64,000 nucleotides of DNA, from contig NC_092673.1 in assembly GCF_964355755.1 (NCBI RefSeq), positions 13,984,948 to 14,048,947 of the forward strand, read 5' to 3'. Source of the DNA: Antedon mediterranea (Eukaryota; Animalia; Echinodermata). How positions within the stretch are numbered: the first letter of the stretch is position 1; every line of letters starts with the position of its first letter. The position numbers and the translations under genes were made by a program. The notes beneath the pieces are model-generated. The model made no database searches. It was not told the DNA's origin and worked only from the letters and a program-made list of their open reading frames with translations. Shown here in pieces: positions 51,450-64,000 of this stretch.

Positions 51450-52671
51450 CTTACTTATTTCTAAAAACTGTAATCAACTCCCACGCTTAAAAAATGTAAG
51501 AAAATGTTCTGAAGAAATTAATTCAATGTTTTCTATTTATACCTTTGATGATATGATGGGTGCATGGGAACCGTTGAATAATAAAATTACATTTCTAATA
51601 GATCAAATTTCAAAAGACAAATGTGACGACCCTATACCTAACCATATTGGTATTAAGATTAGTGGGGATGGTACTCGTATTTTTAATCCTATTGTAGCAA
51701 ACTTGATTAATGCAATTACTATCAATAACAATAACATACCTTTGAAATATTATTTGGGAGCCGATATGAAATTCCTAAATGAAATGATGGGAATGGGTGC
51801 ATGCAGTAGTAAGTACAGTTTGTTTATGGTGCAAATGTCCAAACAAAAATTTGACAGACACCACACAGGGTGCTCGTACAGTAGATGAAATAACAAAACT
51901 CAGTTCACAATCAAAAACTAAAAATATGAGTTGTGTTGCTCCACCTATTCTACCTTTTAATTCTGTTTCTAATGTTATTCCAGATCCAGATTCCAGATAT
52001 CTGATCAATTAGTCCTGCAACTGATTCAAATATTACGGCATAAAGATAATGTTGGAAAAAATGTAAAAGTTGTTGACATATCAAAGTGTAAAAACATTTC
52101 TGCATTTGAACATTTTATTAATAGTCTTTCAATTTCTTGGTCTTTCTATACTACCAAAGAGTCTAATCAAATTCAGTTTCGAGATTTTACAGGCCCAGAA
52201 CACATACAAATTTTAAAAAACATCAATTTTGACACGCTTATTTCGTGGCACCCAAAATGTGATTGCATTAAACGGCTTTAGGAAGAGTTCACAAACATTA
52301 TAAGTTTAATGAAAACAGATGGTGTAGACACTCGTGCAAGAGACTGGGTTTGTAAGTACTCCAAGACATTTCAAGCAAAAGATGTAACACCCTATATGCA
52401 TGTATTTATGAATCATCTTTCGCAATCACTTACATTACACGGCCAAATCAACAATTTCAGTCAACAAGCCATGGAAAAACTAAATGACAAAATCACATCC
52501 CTTTTCTTTCGATCATCTAACCACAGGAATACAGAAGCTTTTGTGCAAGTTATGCAAAAGCAAAATAGAATTTCATTTTTAAACAAATTTTGCAAGGATG
52601 AAATCAAATTCTATGTAAATTGTAAAAGGTGTGGTCAGGTAGGACATAAGGCAAAATCAATTAGGATTTAG
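51450..52671 (+). pseudogene. RAG1/Transib/Chapaev-like DDE transposase relic
   Basis: IKISGDGT, YLGADMKFL, CLWCKC, FRDFTG, VTPYMHVFMNH, FSQQAMEKLND and a C-terminal CxxCxxxGH. The order matches the RAG1-core D, D, C2, H2, E layout. Deletions, a frameshift and stops. Confidence 0.7.
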
Positions 52672-52699
52672 AAATAGTGTGTTGTTATTGATATTTTAA

Positions 52700-53889
52700 A
52701 GTTGCATTCTCTACGTTTTTTCGACCTAATTTAAAGTCACAGACTACATTTTATGTAAAATTAATACTATATGATCCTATTTCGATAACCTTTTTCGTCT
52801 TTAAACTGTTAAAAATGTGAAAAATAAGTCGATTCTAATAATTTAAGCGGCCCGCTATAAATCCCAGAATGCATCGCGCGCGGATTGATATTTTCATGTT
52901 GATTATGGGTGCACGTGGGCCGAATCGATGTTCGTATGTTACCAATCTTTACTAGCTAGGCCTACAAAATTAAGCTACCGTATATTTCGGTGTATAAGTC
53001 GCACCTGTGTATAAGACGCACCCCCTAACTGAGAGTAAAATATCGGTATTTTTTATATCGTCGATGTATAAGACGCACTTTATATTTCATGTAAACAATT
53101 TTTTTTTTAAATTGTAATCAATATTATTGTAATAATATATTGTTATTTCTACAACGGAGTCCTTTATTTAGGGTTTTTCTTACCTAGGCTCGGCCGCACC
53201 CAGCCTCAACAAGTTCTTTCTAACTTGTTATTCATGAGTTTCGCCGCAACATCGAGTGCATGACCGTGTGTCGAACACGCACGTGTGTGGGCTAGCCTCG
53301 CTCGATCATTTCGAGAGGGCGCACGTTTTCACGGACAATCGTATTCGATATCCGCCAAGAAGGGCTTGCGCTGGGGGTACGGCGGTCGGCGATCGTGCGT
53401 ATAACTACTGTACTGTATAAATAATAATACTAGGCCTAGGGCCTAGACCTATTCCAATCGTAAACGTTTACAAATGAAATTTTATCGGAGCGCCTAAAAC
53501 AGCTCCATAATGAACTAATCTTTTCATCATATTTAGTATAACATCACGCTAAAATGCCTTGAAAACTAGGCAGAAGCAGGTTGCCGTTACGTTAGTACAC
53601 TGTAGCTAGCCTAGGCTAGGCCTACTACTAGGCTAGGCCTAGCCAACGAGGTGACGATATGTAGGCTACAATCTGTGTGGTGTGAGGCATAATGTTCGGT
53701 GTATAAGACGCACCCTTAATTTAGAGGTCAAATTTGCGTGTCAAAAGTGCGACTTATACACCGAAATATACGGTAAGCTAACTATAGAACGTACATTTAA
53801 GACAAGAAATGACCTGGTTTAATGTTTATAAAGTTATATATATGCATTATTTTTGCAAAACGACAAAAATTGCCGAGAAGAATGCAACT
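52700..53889. mobile_element. Non-autonomous Kolobok-like element
   Basis: TTAA|AGTTGCATTCT ... AGAATGCAACT|TTAA (11-bp TIR, TTAA TSD). Confidence 0.75.
52978..53773. mobile_element. pogo/Tigger-like MITE nested in the Kolobok-like element
   Basis: Perfect 27-bp TIR CCGTATATTTCGGTGTATAAGTCGCAC; TA TSD; internal GTATAAGACGCAC repeats. Confidence 0.9.
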
Positions 53890-55489
53890 TTAATGTGTGC
53901 TTTATTTATTTGTTTTGCAAATAATAGTACAGTATAGTATTATGCAAACTGTTTTATTTTTATTATAATGTTTGTATGTTACATGACAGTTACTAGACTA
54001 GTATAATTGCATGAAAGGAAAACTTTTATGCTTTTATTAATTATTATCAGTTTAGAAAATTATAAGCCAAATATTCATATTTATATATTAACTGTAGTAA
54101 ACTGAAAATTTAAGATTAGGGTATAAAGAAGTAATCCAGAGTAGTTTAGATTTTATATAAACAATTTTAATATACTTAGTGAATGATAAAAAAAAAACAT
54201 ATATTTATATTTGTATATTTGTATTATATATATTTAACTATATTAAACTGCATGTTGAATACTCAGGTAAGGAGTTAATCCAGAGTCCAGATTTTATATA
54301 AACAATTTTAATATAGGCCTACTTAGTAAATGATAAAAAAAAATATATTTATATATTTAACTGTAGTAAACTGCATATTAAATACTTACTTTTGAGTATA
54401 ATTTAGATTTTATATTAAAATAATTATATATACTTATATTATGTGGATAAAAAAACCAACTGAAATTTATATACTGTAGTACTGTACTAGATTGTATCCG
54501 CATTATTTGAAAATAAAGCTATATTTATACAGTAATACTCATTGATATTGACTCATAACACTGTGTTGGTTTCTATAAAGTTTGAATTGAAACTGGCCTA
54601 CTGTTTATTTGCAATTCAATTGACCTTATAAACAATTTACCTATTTTGAGAATGGAATAGTCTAAACAGTACACTGCTCAGCAGAATATTTGTGGCTGTG
54701 TGCACTGATCTGTGACGAGTGCCAAAATAGCTGTTTTCTGAATTGTCCTTTTTCGCTAAAAGGAATCCATATGATAAAGATAACTAGGCCTAGGCTATCA
54801 AATTTATAATGAATATAAATTAGCCCCTATTTATTTAACCAAATAAATAGGCAAATCTGGGATGAATTTTAAGGATATGCATATCCCCTGGCTTGGGGGA
54901 CTTTGTAATCCTTACTGACATGCCGTCTAGGCCAGTGGCCACTATTCGCCGATAGTGTAGGATGTAGCCTACTAGCCTAGCGGCTAGGCCTACGACCGGG
55001 ACAAACGTAACAGAATTATACGATCAACAATGGTTGAAAACTTTGCAATTTACACTACTCCTCAAATTTTTAGTTAGAAGTAGAGCTTATCAGTCGGAGA
55101 GCCGCGTTGGGAAATATGACCGTTATCGCGAAATTTTCGACTTCGCATGACGTCATTAATTTTAGAAGCCCTCTCTTGGCACAGAGGCATCAACGTTTCG
55201 CGCGAAAACATTAGCATAAAGTATACGTCATTTTATAGCTGTTTAATAAACATTAATAGGCGAAAAATTAACCATATATGGTAAGATCAGTTCCTTATAT
55301 GTTTAAGATGTCGCAGGTCACCTAATTTTCGGAATAATTTGTTGGATTTGTTGTCAGTGACAGTTTCTTTCCAAAGTTCGTGTGCAGCCGTCAAAGCTGA
55401 AGTTTTCTAACTTGTGTTTGTTTACAAATTTTCCATTAGTGGGATTTGCATCCCATACAGTGAATTACCAAAAAATCGGCATATATGGA

Positions 55490-57633
55490 CAGTGGGAAAG
55501 CCACTTCGCGTTTTGACCGTTAAATCGTGTAAAATCGACTTACTTCCGCATTGACGATTTTGAAGCGCCACCTATCGTTGAAAACTGAAACCACGATTTT
55601 TCGTCGCCTAGCAAATAAGTGCTGTTTTATTTTAAGCTCTCATGAATATTTAAGAACCGCCCAACATTACCTATTATGGTAAAAGCATTTCCTAATAAGT
55701 ATTATTGAATAACCAATCGGTTTCCTTCAAAGAAACCGAAGCTAATACAATACATTCGGCGACTGAAGTCGGGACTCGTGAAATTTATAAATGTGGTACG
55801 ATTTGACTACTGTTTTGTTGTCCATTTTCTGAATAGTCGGAGGTGCATCCCAACAAATTAAAAAGATTATAATCAATTGTTTTATCAAGAATAATATTAG
55901 TTTAATCGAGTATGATATATTTCTATCCTGTTCAAAATTTGTTGGTGTATTCTCAGGCCTCGAAAGGTAGGTACATTTTCTAGCTGTGAGCGTGGTTTCG
56001 GCAACGCGAGACACGTGTGTCAGTATAGGCGATAGCGAGACGTGTGTTGTACTGTGTTGATGCTGATCCGATAGTCGTTAAGTTGTACTGATTACGAGTA
56101 TCATTGGTCCTGGCCGGCCTAGCCTGGTGATCTGATCCCCGCAAAAAAAATACTTTTTTTCAATCAGTATTAATATTATTATTTTATTTTTCATTTATTA
56201 TTTGATTTATTAGGCTGAATAGATGCCTAGCAGGCTGCTAGTACTAGTAGGGCCTAGATTAAAATAATAATAGTAAATAAATACTTTAATTTAATTAATA
56301 AAATACAGCTTCCATTGGTATGCCTTACTTTTATGTCATCATATAATATTATAATTATATATACAACCAGACATTAACATTTTTTTTAAATAATATTTAT
56401 TATTTTTTCTGACACTTTCAGGAATCGTTGATGATGCAGAGTTCTTTGTCTTTGTGACTTCAAACTGAGAGTGAAGTGGATAAAAAGATGACACCGGTAC
56501 CTACCGACATTGTCATACCCAAACTATAATTTAATTATTTAAAACAAAATGTTGAATTACAAATATTTATGTTGAATGCAAACCTACTACACTATACTCT
56601 GTAAATTATGTTATTGTCATGTGGTAGACCTTAAAAATTGAATATTTATTGTATGTTAGGCCTATTTTATATTTTATTTATTATTAATACTGTATTAGTT
56701 TGATATTACTAATATTATAATTTATATTATACGACAGTACTAGTTTGTACATGTTTTTACCCAAAAAAAATGAATAAATAATTTGTTATTCAATCTAATT
56801 GCTTGTTTGTTCATCAATAATAAAACAATTGTAAGCAAGTATATAACAGTTCTTGTTAGCCGCTTATTTCAGGTCATATTATTAATATTAGCTAGGCCCG
56901 ACGCGCCCGATCACAACGTCACTAAGTGACTTTCCGCCCCTGGAACAATCGGTCGCTAATAGGGCTAGGCCTCGGACTCGTATAAAAGCTATTATAATAG
57001 TTATGATAAATATTCCTCAACTAAAATGTATACTGTGATAAATAAACAAGTAATAATATACGTTGTATTGGAATGTATTTATTTATATGAATTCTTATAC
57101 GCGGACAATTATAAACATCGCGTATATCGTTCGATATAAATAAATTCATAAACACGATGACGATGTGTTTACAAAATGGCGGTTTCGCTAGTTTTCGATG
57201 GAACAAATAGTGGTACCTTTAGTTTGAATAGTCGGAGCTGCATCCCAACCACCGAATTTTGTATCTTAATATCGTATTCTGTAGATTATTAATTTTTCTA
57301 ACAGGGATTTTAAATTCAGGACTGTTCAATTTTTCTAAATATTTTATTTTAATGATTTTCTAGGGTACAATTTCGAAAAAAAGACATTGGTTGATTTTGC
57401 TGTTAAATTACAGATTATCGTTTTGTTCAAATACATTTAATTTTACATGACAATATATTAAAACCATTTATGAATTTATTTCAATAACAATATTTTTCCG
57501 ATAATCAGCTAAATTTACAAATATTATGTTTTTCCAACACCCTAAAATTTAGCAATTTTGAACTAAATTAGAAAAGTAGGGCGCCCTCTCCGAGTCGAAA
57601 TTTGACACGATTTGTCGACTGGCTGTCCCACTG
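55490..57633. mobile_element. Inner non-autonomous CAG...CTG element (Academ-like), nested
   Basis: TIRs CAGTGGGAAAGCCACT / ACTGGCTGTCCCACTG; 4-bp TSD TGGA (55486-55489 and 57634-57637). Confidence 0.75.
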
Positions 57634-59167
57634 TGGATAGAGTAAGTATCAATAGTCTGTTTTACGTTAAAATTGGCTTGAAACCCTATTTAAGCTTCCT
57701 ACAGCGAACATTTTAAAAAAGGTCCTCATTTCACATAATTGTTACGTCTCGCGGCACTAGTTCCGTCGTGTGTGGTGCATGGTGTGTTGATTGTGGTTGT
57801 TGCAGGTGTGGGTGTGTGCACGACCTGGTGGATCGTTGTCGTAATATCGGCCTAGGCTTAGCCTTAGTAACATGTTGATAATTAAAATACTTTAGTTACA
57901 ATTTAGTATTATTAAAGTTTCGTTAATCCTACTCTATATTGAAGATGCGTTGGGAAGGTTTTAAAAAGATAATTAAGCCAATCGCAGCCTGACATATAAT
58001 AGTTAAATATCCTCATTATTGGCAACTGATGGGTACAATTTATTTACTGTATTAATAATTATACAATAAATATACAGACACAAGGAAGTTTTGTGTTTAG
58101 TGCTTTTTTATGGTAGGCCTACAGTACAGTCATATTTTATCTGAATATGTTTTCAGGTTGTGGAATAATTATATAATTATACAGTATTTAAGAAAATGTT
58201 TTCGTCATAGTGACAATTATTTAAATAGTTCTTTACATTTCAGCTATTCATTTTCATTTCAGGTTTTTTGTTGGTATCAAGATTTTCTATCTCGTTCTTC
58301 AATATGAGGTTGTACGGTGGAAGCTGTAAAGTGGTTTTCTCGATTTCAATATCATTGCTGATAGTTTTTCATTTTATTCGCTAATATAACATATAAATTT
58401 ATATTCATTTAAGTTGTAGAAGTGTTTCAGATCAGTAAATTTTTATAAAGATATAAATTAAGTTGCAATTGATTGATTGATTTACTTTATTAACCAGAGT
58501 CGCACAGATGCATACAATAGAAACATAAAACAATCATAAAATCAGTACAACAGTAAGACTCAAGTAAAAATGATATCTCAAAAAGTACATATGGTGGCAT
58601 ATTTTATATTTACAGTATTAGGCCTAGCTAGTTTGTTATGTCTGATGAACAAGGTGCTATTAGAAGTTTTTATATACAGTATAGTATTTACTATTTGTAT
58701 CAGTAATTGTTTGAAAGGTTGTATTTTTTCACATTCTGTATATGTATACATAAAAAGAAAAAATGTATTGCTTGTGTGAAATGTAAGTTGTATCTAATAA
58801 AGTAATAGAATATTTCTGTATACAAGTGTGACATTTACTGCCAGATATTGATATACTTATAAGTACCAACCAATTAACAATACTCAAGTAAATGATGGGC
58901 TAATAATTATCTTTTTAAAAAACATGACCATATAAAAATACATGGTTGAGTCTCTCAAACAAAAGATGCCTGATTTTATAAATAACATTCCCCACCATAT
59001 TTATATATAAATTGAAAATGGGTTATCTTTTGGCACTTTGTTTTTCAATTTATTGTTTTTTAACAGTGTTTGTAATTTTTTCTGGGCCTACAGTAGGTTC
59101 TTCTTCAGGCTTCTTCTTGCTTGGTATATGAGCTGGGATGCCCTACTATAACACAAACTACTATCAG

Positions 59168-61108
59168 TAGGGCTTTCAGTCACGTGACAAATTCTTTCGC
59201 AGCGATGTCCTCTGAATCGCGATCATATTACATTACACAGCGTGACCTATCTTCGCAATGGTAAACCGCAGCGTTCCCCATGTGGGACGTATTTTCCGAA
59301 TTCGTTATTTTCGTCTTGTTTTACTCTGTATTTTTCGTCGCCGCTAGCAGTGTTGTGATTGGTTAAATCTCATTCGAAAGCTTCCGAAGATTATGTTGTA
59401 TGCTCGGAGAATCGTTTCCGAACTGAAATATTGAAATCCAAGCGATAGTCGACAGTGAAAAGTTAAAGTCAAAAGTTTACGTCATGTTTTCAGATAGATT
59501 TTATTATAAAGCACGCATATTTTACACGTAAGTACATTTATTGATTATTTTAGATTCTTACTGTTTAGTTTTTATAATTTTATATTAATAAATAGAAATG
59601 CTAGAGCGAATTTTATAGGATGATGTTATTTTGCTGCGAGACCATTATTTCAGCCTCGTGTTTGCGAAAATGATGTTGGGATAGTCCATTTCCGTATAGG
59701 GGCAACCTTTTACGTTCGACGAATTATTGATAATTCATTTGATTTTTTTTTCATGAAATATATAATATAATACTTTTGTATAATTCCGAATTCCAATATA
59801 TTAATAATGGACAAAAAATACGGTGCAAACAAAAACATGTTTCCGTTTTCTTCCGTTAGACTACCCACGATGAAAATGGTATTGGCCTTGTTTACCTTTT
59901 TCGCTGAGCCTACTAGACTTCCTAAATTCTTATTTTTAGCGATATTTGGAAGTAATAATAGTTATTTTTATAATTACTTTGACATATATATCCAGCACTA
60001 CTAGGCAGTACTGATCTATGTTTGTTAGACTCGCGTACATAATTTTTTTTTTTAATAGTTTTTGACGAAGTCCATCTATTATATTACTCCCGGCGACTAT
60101 ATGACGTTTTGTCGCGTCGTAGTTCCGTGAATTAGGAAGGCCCAGCCAAGTAGCAGGGCCTAACCTAACTAGGGTAAAGCATTACCAATACTATCGTAAT
60201 GTTATGTTATTTGTAATTGGTGTCTATTTTGCTTTTAATTCTTAATTATTATTGCAATATATAGTGCTATTTATTTGATTTTAAATAAATTATGATTTAT
60301 TAATTAATGATGATTAATAATATATTTCCGTAGGTAATCAATAATGGCTGATCCAACTGAAGATTCTGTTCCTTCTTGTAGAAAAAGCAAACCCACTTTT
60401 ATGGGATTTAAGAGAGAACTTGGAGAAAGAATAAACCATGAAAGACAAAAGCGGGCAGCGGAAAGTTCAAAGAAAACTTAAATGACTTTATTTATACAAA
60501 ATCCTAATTTAATTGTTGGTAAACTAAAAGAATTGATCACTTATTTATTTAAAGTGGACAAGGAGAGTAGGTGGTATAGCGGTACAGTCATTTGTTTTTG
60601 GTCCAACAATGGTCCCATATTAGAGGTTTAACATTAATTAGTTATGTTATTAGTTTTCAACAATTATATAGTAGTTTGGATAGATTATGTTTGAAAATAC
60701 ACTAGTTTTTAGCCAAAATTGTAAAAAATATGCTAATTATGCATATTTTAAATTACTTATTAATTTATTAATTATTAAATTACTATATTATTGAAGTTTA
60801 AGTTATCATTATGCATTGTACCAAATATGAAAACTGTACTTCTACAGATTATGCAATAAATGGCAAATGAATATTAACTGTTGTGTTATTCTATGTACCA
60901 TTCTCAAACAAAGAAATACAAAAGAATAACCTTTGACCCCAACTCCAAAAAGTTCCTAAATTAGCGGTGTAAAATAATGAATATCTCGGCAACCGTTTGG
61001 CCATTTTAAATGATTTAAAGTGTTTTGAAAACTAGAGAAGTTGCTTTTTCTGATTTTCAAACTTTTAAAAGCATGTCTTTAGATAATAATTATGACCTAA
61101 AATGCCTA
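59168..61108. mobile_element. Non-autonomous hAT-like element with 7-bp TSD
   Basis: Imperfect TIRs TAGGGCTTTCAGTCA / TGACCTAAAATGCCTA, flanked by CTATCAG (59161-59167 and 61109-61115). Confidence 0.65.
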
Positions 61109-63719
61109 CTATCAGAATTACCTAGCCTAACTAGGCCTAGAAAATACTATTTTTAGGCCTAGCTAGGCTAGAAGTTAAGTAAGTAATTATAGTAGCTAGT
61201 CTAAGTAGGCCTTTCCTAGCTCAGAAACCAAATAGAACAATAATCGGGCAGCAGATTGAAACCTTAGGCCTGTGACGCAGTACGCCTGCATGAACAACCG
61301 GATTAAACAGGGACACGATTCGGTCCGGGTCGATTCGTACCAGCTTCGTAAAACGTAAACAAAGTTTCAAAATGGCGGTTTTTCGATCGTAACTGAACAG
61401 AAATGTAGTAGGTTTGGTTTGATTAGTGGGAGTTGCATCCCAAGAAAGCTTAAAATTAGATTTTTATTTTAATAGATAGCTTAATAGTTTATCTTGAAAG
61501 GATTTTAAATTCGCTTTGAAACCTTATCTAGAAAATATGAAATTTATTGATTTTTTACCATCATTTTAAAAAAAATATAAATAAAAAAGTTTTTACACAA
61601 AATAATGATATTTCTCGAAACAAAAAAACTGTGGAATTTAGATCACAGTTTGTATCATTATTTACGCTTGCAGTTCAACTATTGAAATACGTTTATTGAT
61701 TTCATCTAATATCAAAATTATACAATTTTCAAAGTGTACTAAAATAGCAAAAATTCCAACATTTTCCACGAAGCGCGCCCTCACAATGAATGAAATCAGT
61801 GATGCGTTACCAACGCGGCTTTCCGACTGTATGTACAAATAATATAACTCAATACATACACTTATCGGCCGGCGTCTCGTCGCTTGTTGTAATGTTTATG
61901 CGGCGTCGCGATATTAGTGAATGTTCGACCAAGTTTGGCAACGTTGGGCCCGGTGGCGTTCTGGATGGGAGACTGTCTAGAAATAGCGACGGGTGCTGTA
62001 TATACCGGAGAGTAATGGTCAGACCTTGATTTATAAATATAAGAGGAGAGCTCCTAATGGCTCTCCTCAATATGTTGAGGAGAGCCATTATTTTGATTAA
62101 GTATTCGAGGCACAGGCCCACCATGGTTGGGCCTGTGGCGAGCCAAATTTTGACACCTCTAGATGGCCGGAAATGGTATTCTCGCACGTAAAATTCATCG
62201 TAGGTCATTGTTCTCTGAACGTAGTCTACGATGTATTGTTATGATAATTATCTACGCGTCGATCGTAGGGTGGTTCGTAGGGTTAGTAAACACCATTGTC
62301 ATCGCCTTTACTTTAGAAGCATGGACAATGCAAACAAACAATGTATTGTTTGCTAATTAAAATCCTATCTAAAGATAGTAGACGTCAATTTTTGTAGCCA
62401 CCATAGCTAGGCCTACGCATCAGTTATCCTAATTTGGACGGAAATCTGCCGCCGACGAGACGACATCGGGTCCGTGGACCTCTCTGCTTACGCAGAGAGA
62501 GAGAGTCGAGGCTATCTATCTAGTCTAGTTTCGGCGGCCTCTACACTATACATTATTTAATCCTACCTTGGGTTAGCGATTTATAAAAACAACGACACCT
62601 AGGCTAGGACACCAACAAAATATATGCAAAATAAATAAATATATATTCCATATTAATTACTATAAGATTTAACATAAAGGCGACATGTGTATAAGAAAAG
62701 GCCCGACCAGAATTTGGAGGGGAAAACATGTGAGCAGTTATTAAGATCAAGAGAGAGTGTTTCATGTCATGTGACACAAAATCCAGGTACACGATCTTAA
62801 TTACTGTTTATCGTCGGCAGCCACCCTCACATACTGAGTTAAAAAAAAAACATGTGAGATGTTGCGGTAAAGCAGAGAGTATCGCGTTTCATGCCATGTG
62901 ACCAAAAAAACTAGGTCTGTATAATTACGGTCTTCTGACGGCAGTCTTTTTGAGCTACCGATTGAACGTTCTGATACTATATTTAGAATGAATTGTTTAC
63001 GATATTTTTCTCGCAACATCAAAGATCGTAGGCGCGCCTAGCCTATCGGGGGTAGCCATAACAAAGATCGTTTGCGCGACTATAGACTGTGTGTTGTATT
63101 TGGGGTTAATATTCTTATTATTATATATATTTTTATGACGCACTGTAACAGGTTGGGGAGCGCTATTTTAGGCGCTCCTTTGATCGTTTTCAGGAGCGCC
63201 AAGGAGCGTCAGCGCCATGGCGCTCCTTTTAAATCAAGGTCTGAATGGTGTAATGATAATATCAGAATAGCATGTGATAGGCATGGATTAGAGGTTATCT
63301 GTACCATACTAGGCCTACTAAACTACTGTAATTTCATCATTAATTAGGCAAGCTCCTTTACTCTCATTGCCTTTACCTGAGGGACAATGTTGATTAATAA
63401 TATATAAAATAAATCACTATATTCAATTCTATATTACTTAAACTTTGTTTATTTCGTGCATTCGCCAAGCGGCCAACAGAGGGCGTAACTTGTTTACATC
63501 GTTCGCATGACTAAAAAATTATTTTCAAAATTTTTGCTTTACTGCATCTCTATCCCTACCACCTAGCCTATACTTATAGCCTATAGGCCTACCTATAGTA
63601 GGCCTAAAAGTAGTACTAGCTAGGCCTACCCCATCATAGGGAGCCCCCTGAAAATCAAGTTTGGGGCAAAAGCTTATTTTATGCTTATAAAATGCATATC
63701 AAAGCCGATAAATTTAAGT

Positions 63720-63840
63720 GTGCCGAATCGTATCAGCAGGGTCGAATCGTCCCGCTACCGAATCGCCCCGCCTACCAAATCATCCCACCAAGAGTGGGCC
63801 GAATCGTCTCAGTTCAGGGGGCCTAATCGTCCCGGATTCG
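63720..63840. repeat. MULE-like subterminal repeat cluster (CCGAATCGTC-like)
   Basis: About six (G)AATCGTC-like units, similar in style to 44573-45193; no partner end or TSD established. Confidence 0.4.
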
Positions 63841-64000
63841 CGAGCATCTGAATCATGATAAAGTAAAAACATACAATACTGTACAGAAAGTATTCGGCTA
63901 TTTTCCAAATCCTTGACGACTATCACCAAAATCAAAAGATCATCATTCTTCTTTTACTTCTTGTTTGTTAAGTGTAGCCATGGAGTAAAGAATATTATTA

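Larger units (their letters stand above)
55091..61829. mobile_element. Outer non-autonomous CAG...CTG element (Academ-like)
   Basis: TIRs CAGTCGGAGAGCCGCGTTGG / CCAACGCGGCTTTCCGACTG; 3-bp TSD TAT. Confidence 0.7.

Noticed and set aside
57605-57635. RSS-like heptamer CACAGTG (minus strand) with 15- vs 27-bp spacing to a shared AAATCGTGT motif, suggesting a 12/23-like RAG transposon
   Set aside because: The terminal CA comes from the TGGA target duplication. The other end reads GACAGTG and the sister element also starts CAG, so the true terminus is CAGTGGG. No 5-bp TSD and no nonamer.
54000-63347. Short ORFs of 60-120 aa in the right-hand part of the window
   Set aside because: No recognisable motifs; low-complexity AT-rich translations, mostly inside non-autonomous elements.

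Overview
AT-rich metazoan (probably marine invertebrate) genomic DNA that is almost entirely a graveyard of nested, mostly decayed transposable elements; I find no intact host gene, RNA gene or CRISPR array. Recognisable coding relics: an AcademX-like XPG-domain protein, two Ty3/Gypsy LTR retrotransposons (one keeps an in-frame -1 slippery site), THAP/Kolobok-type transposases, a tyrosine-recombinase of the 'FNRRRxGE' family next to a triplicated OB-fold gene and a BEN-like fragment, an ankyrin exon array, Sola2, Zator, Harbinger MADF, hAT-like and RAG1/Transib/Chapaev-like transposases. Many non-autonomous elements can be delimited exactly by TIRs and TSDs. The most notable structures are a ~4.7-kb inverted repeat made of two independent insertions of one CAC...GTG element, and two nested CAG...CTG elements with position-conserved, same-strand subterminal motifs (one CTCF-like, one quasi-palindromic). 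Family names come from motif recognition by eye, not from database searches.
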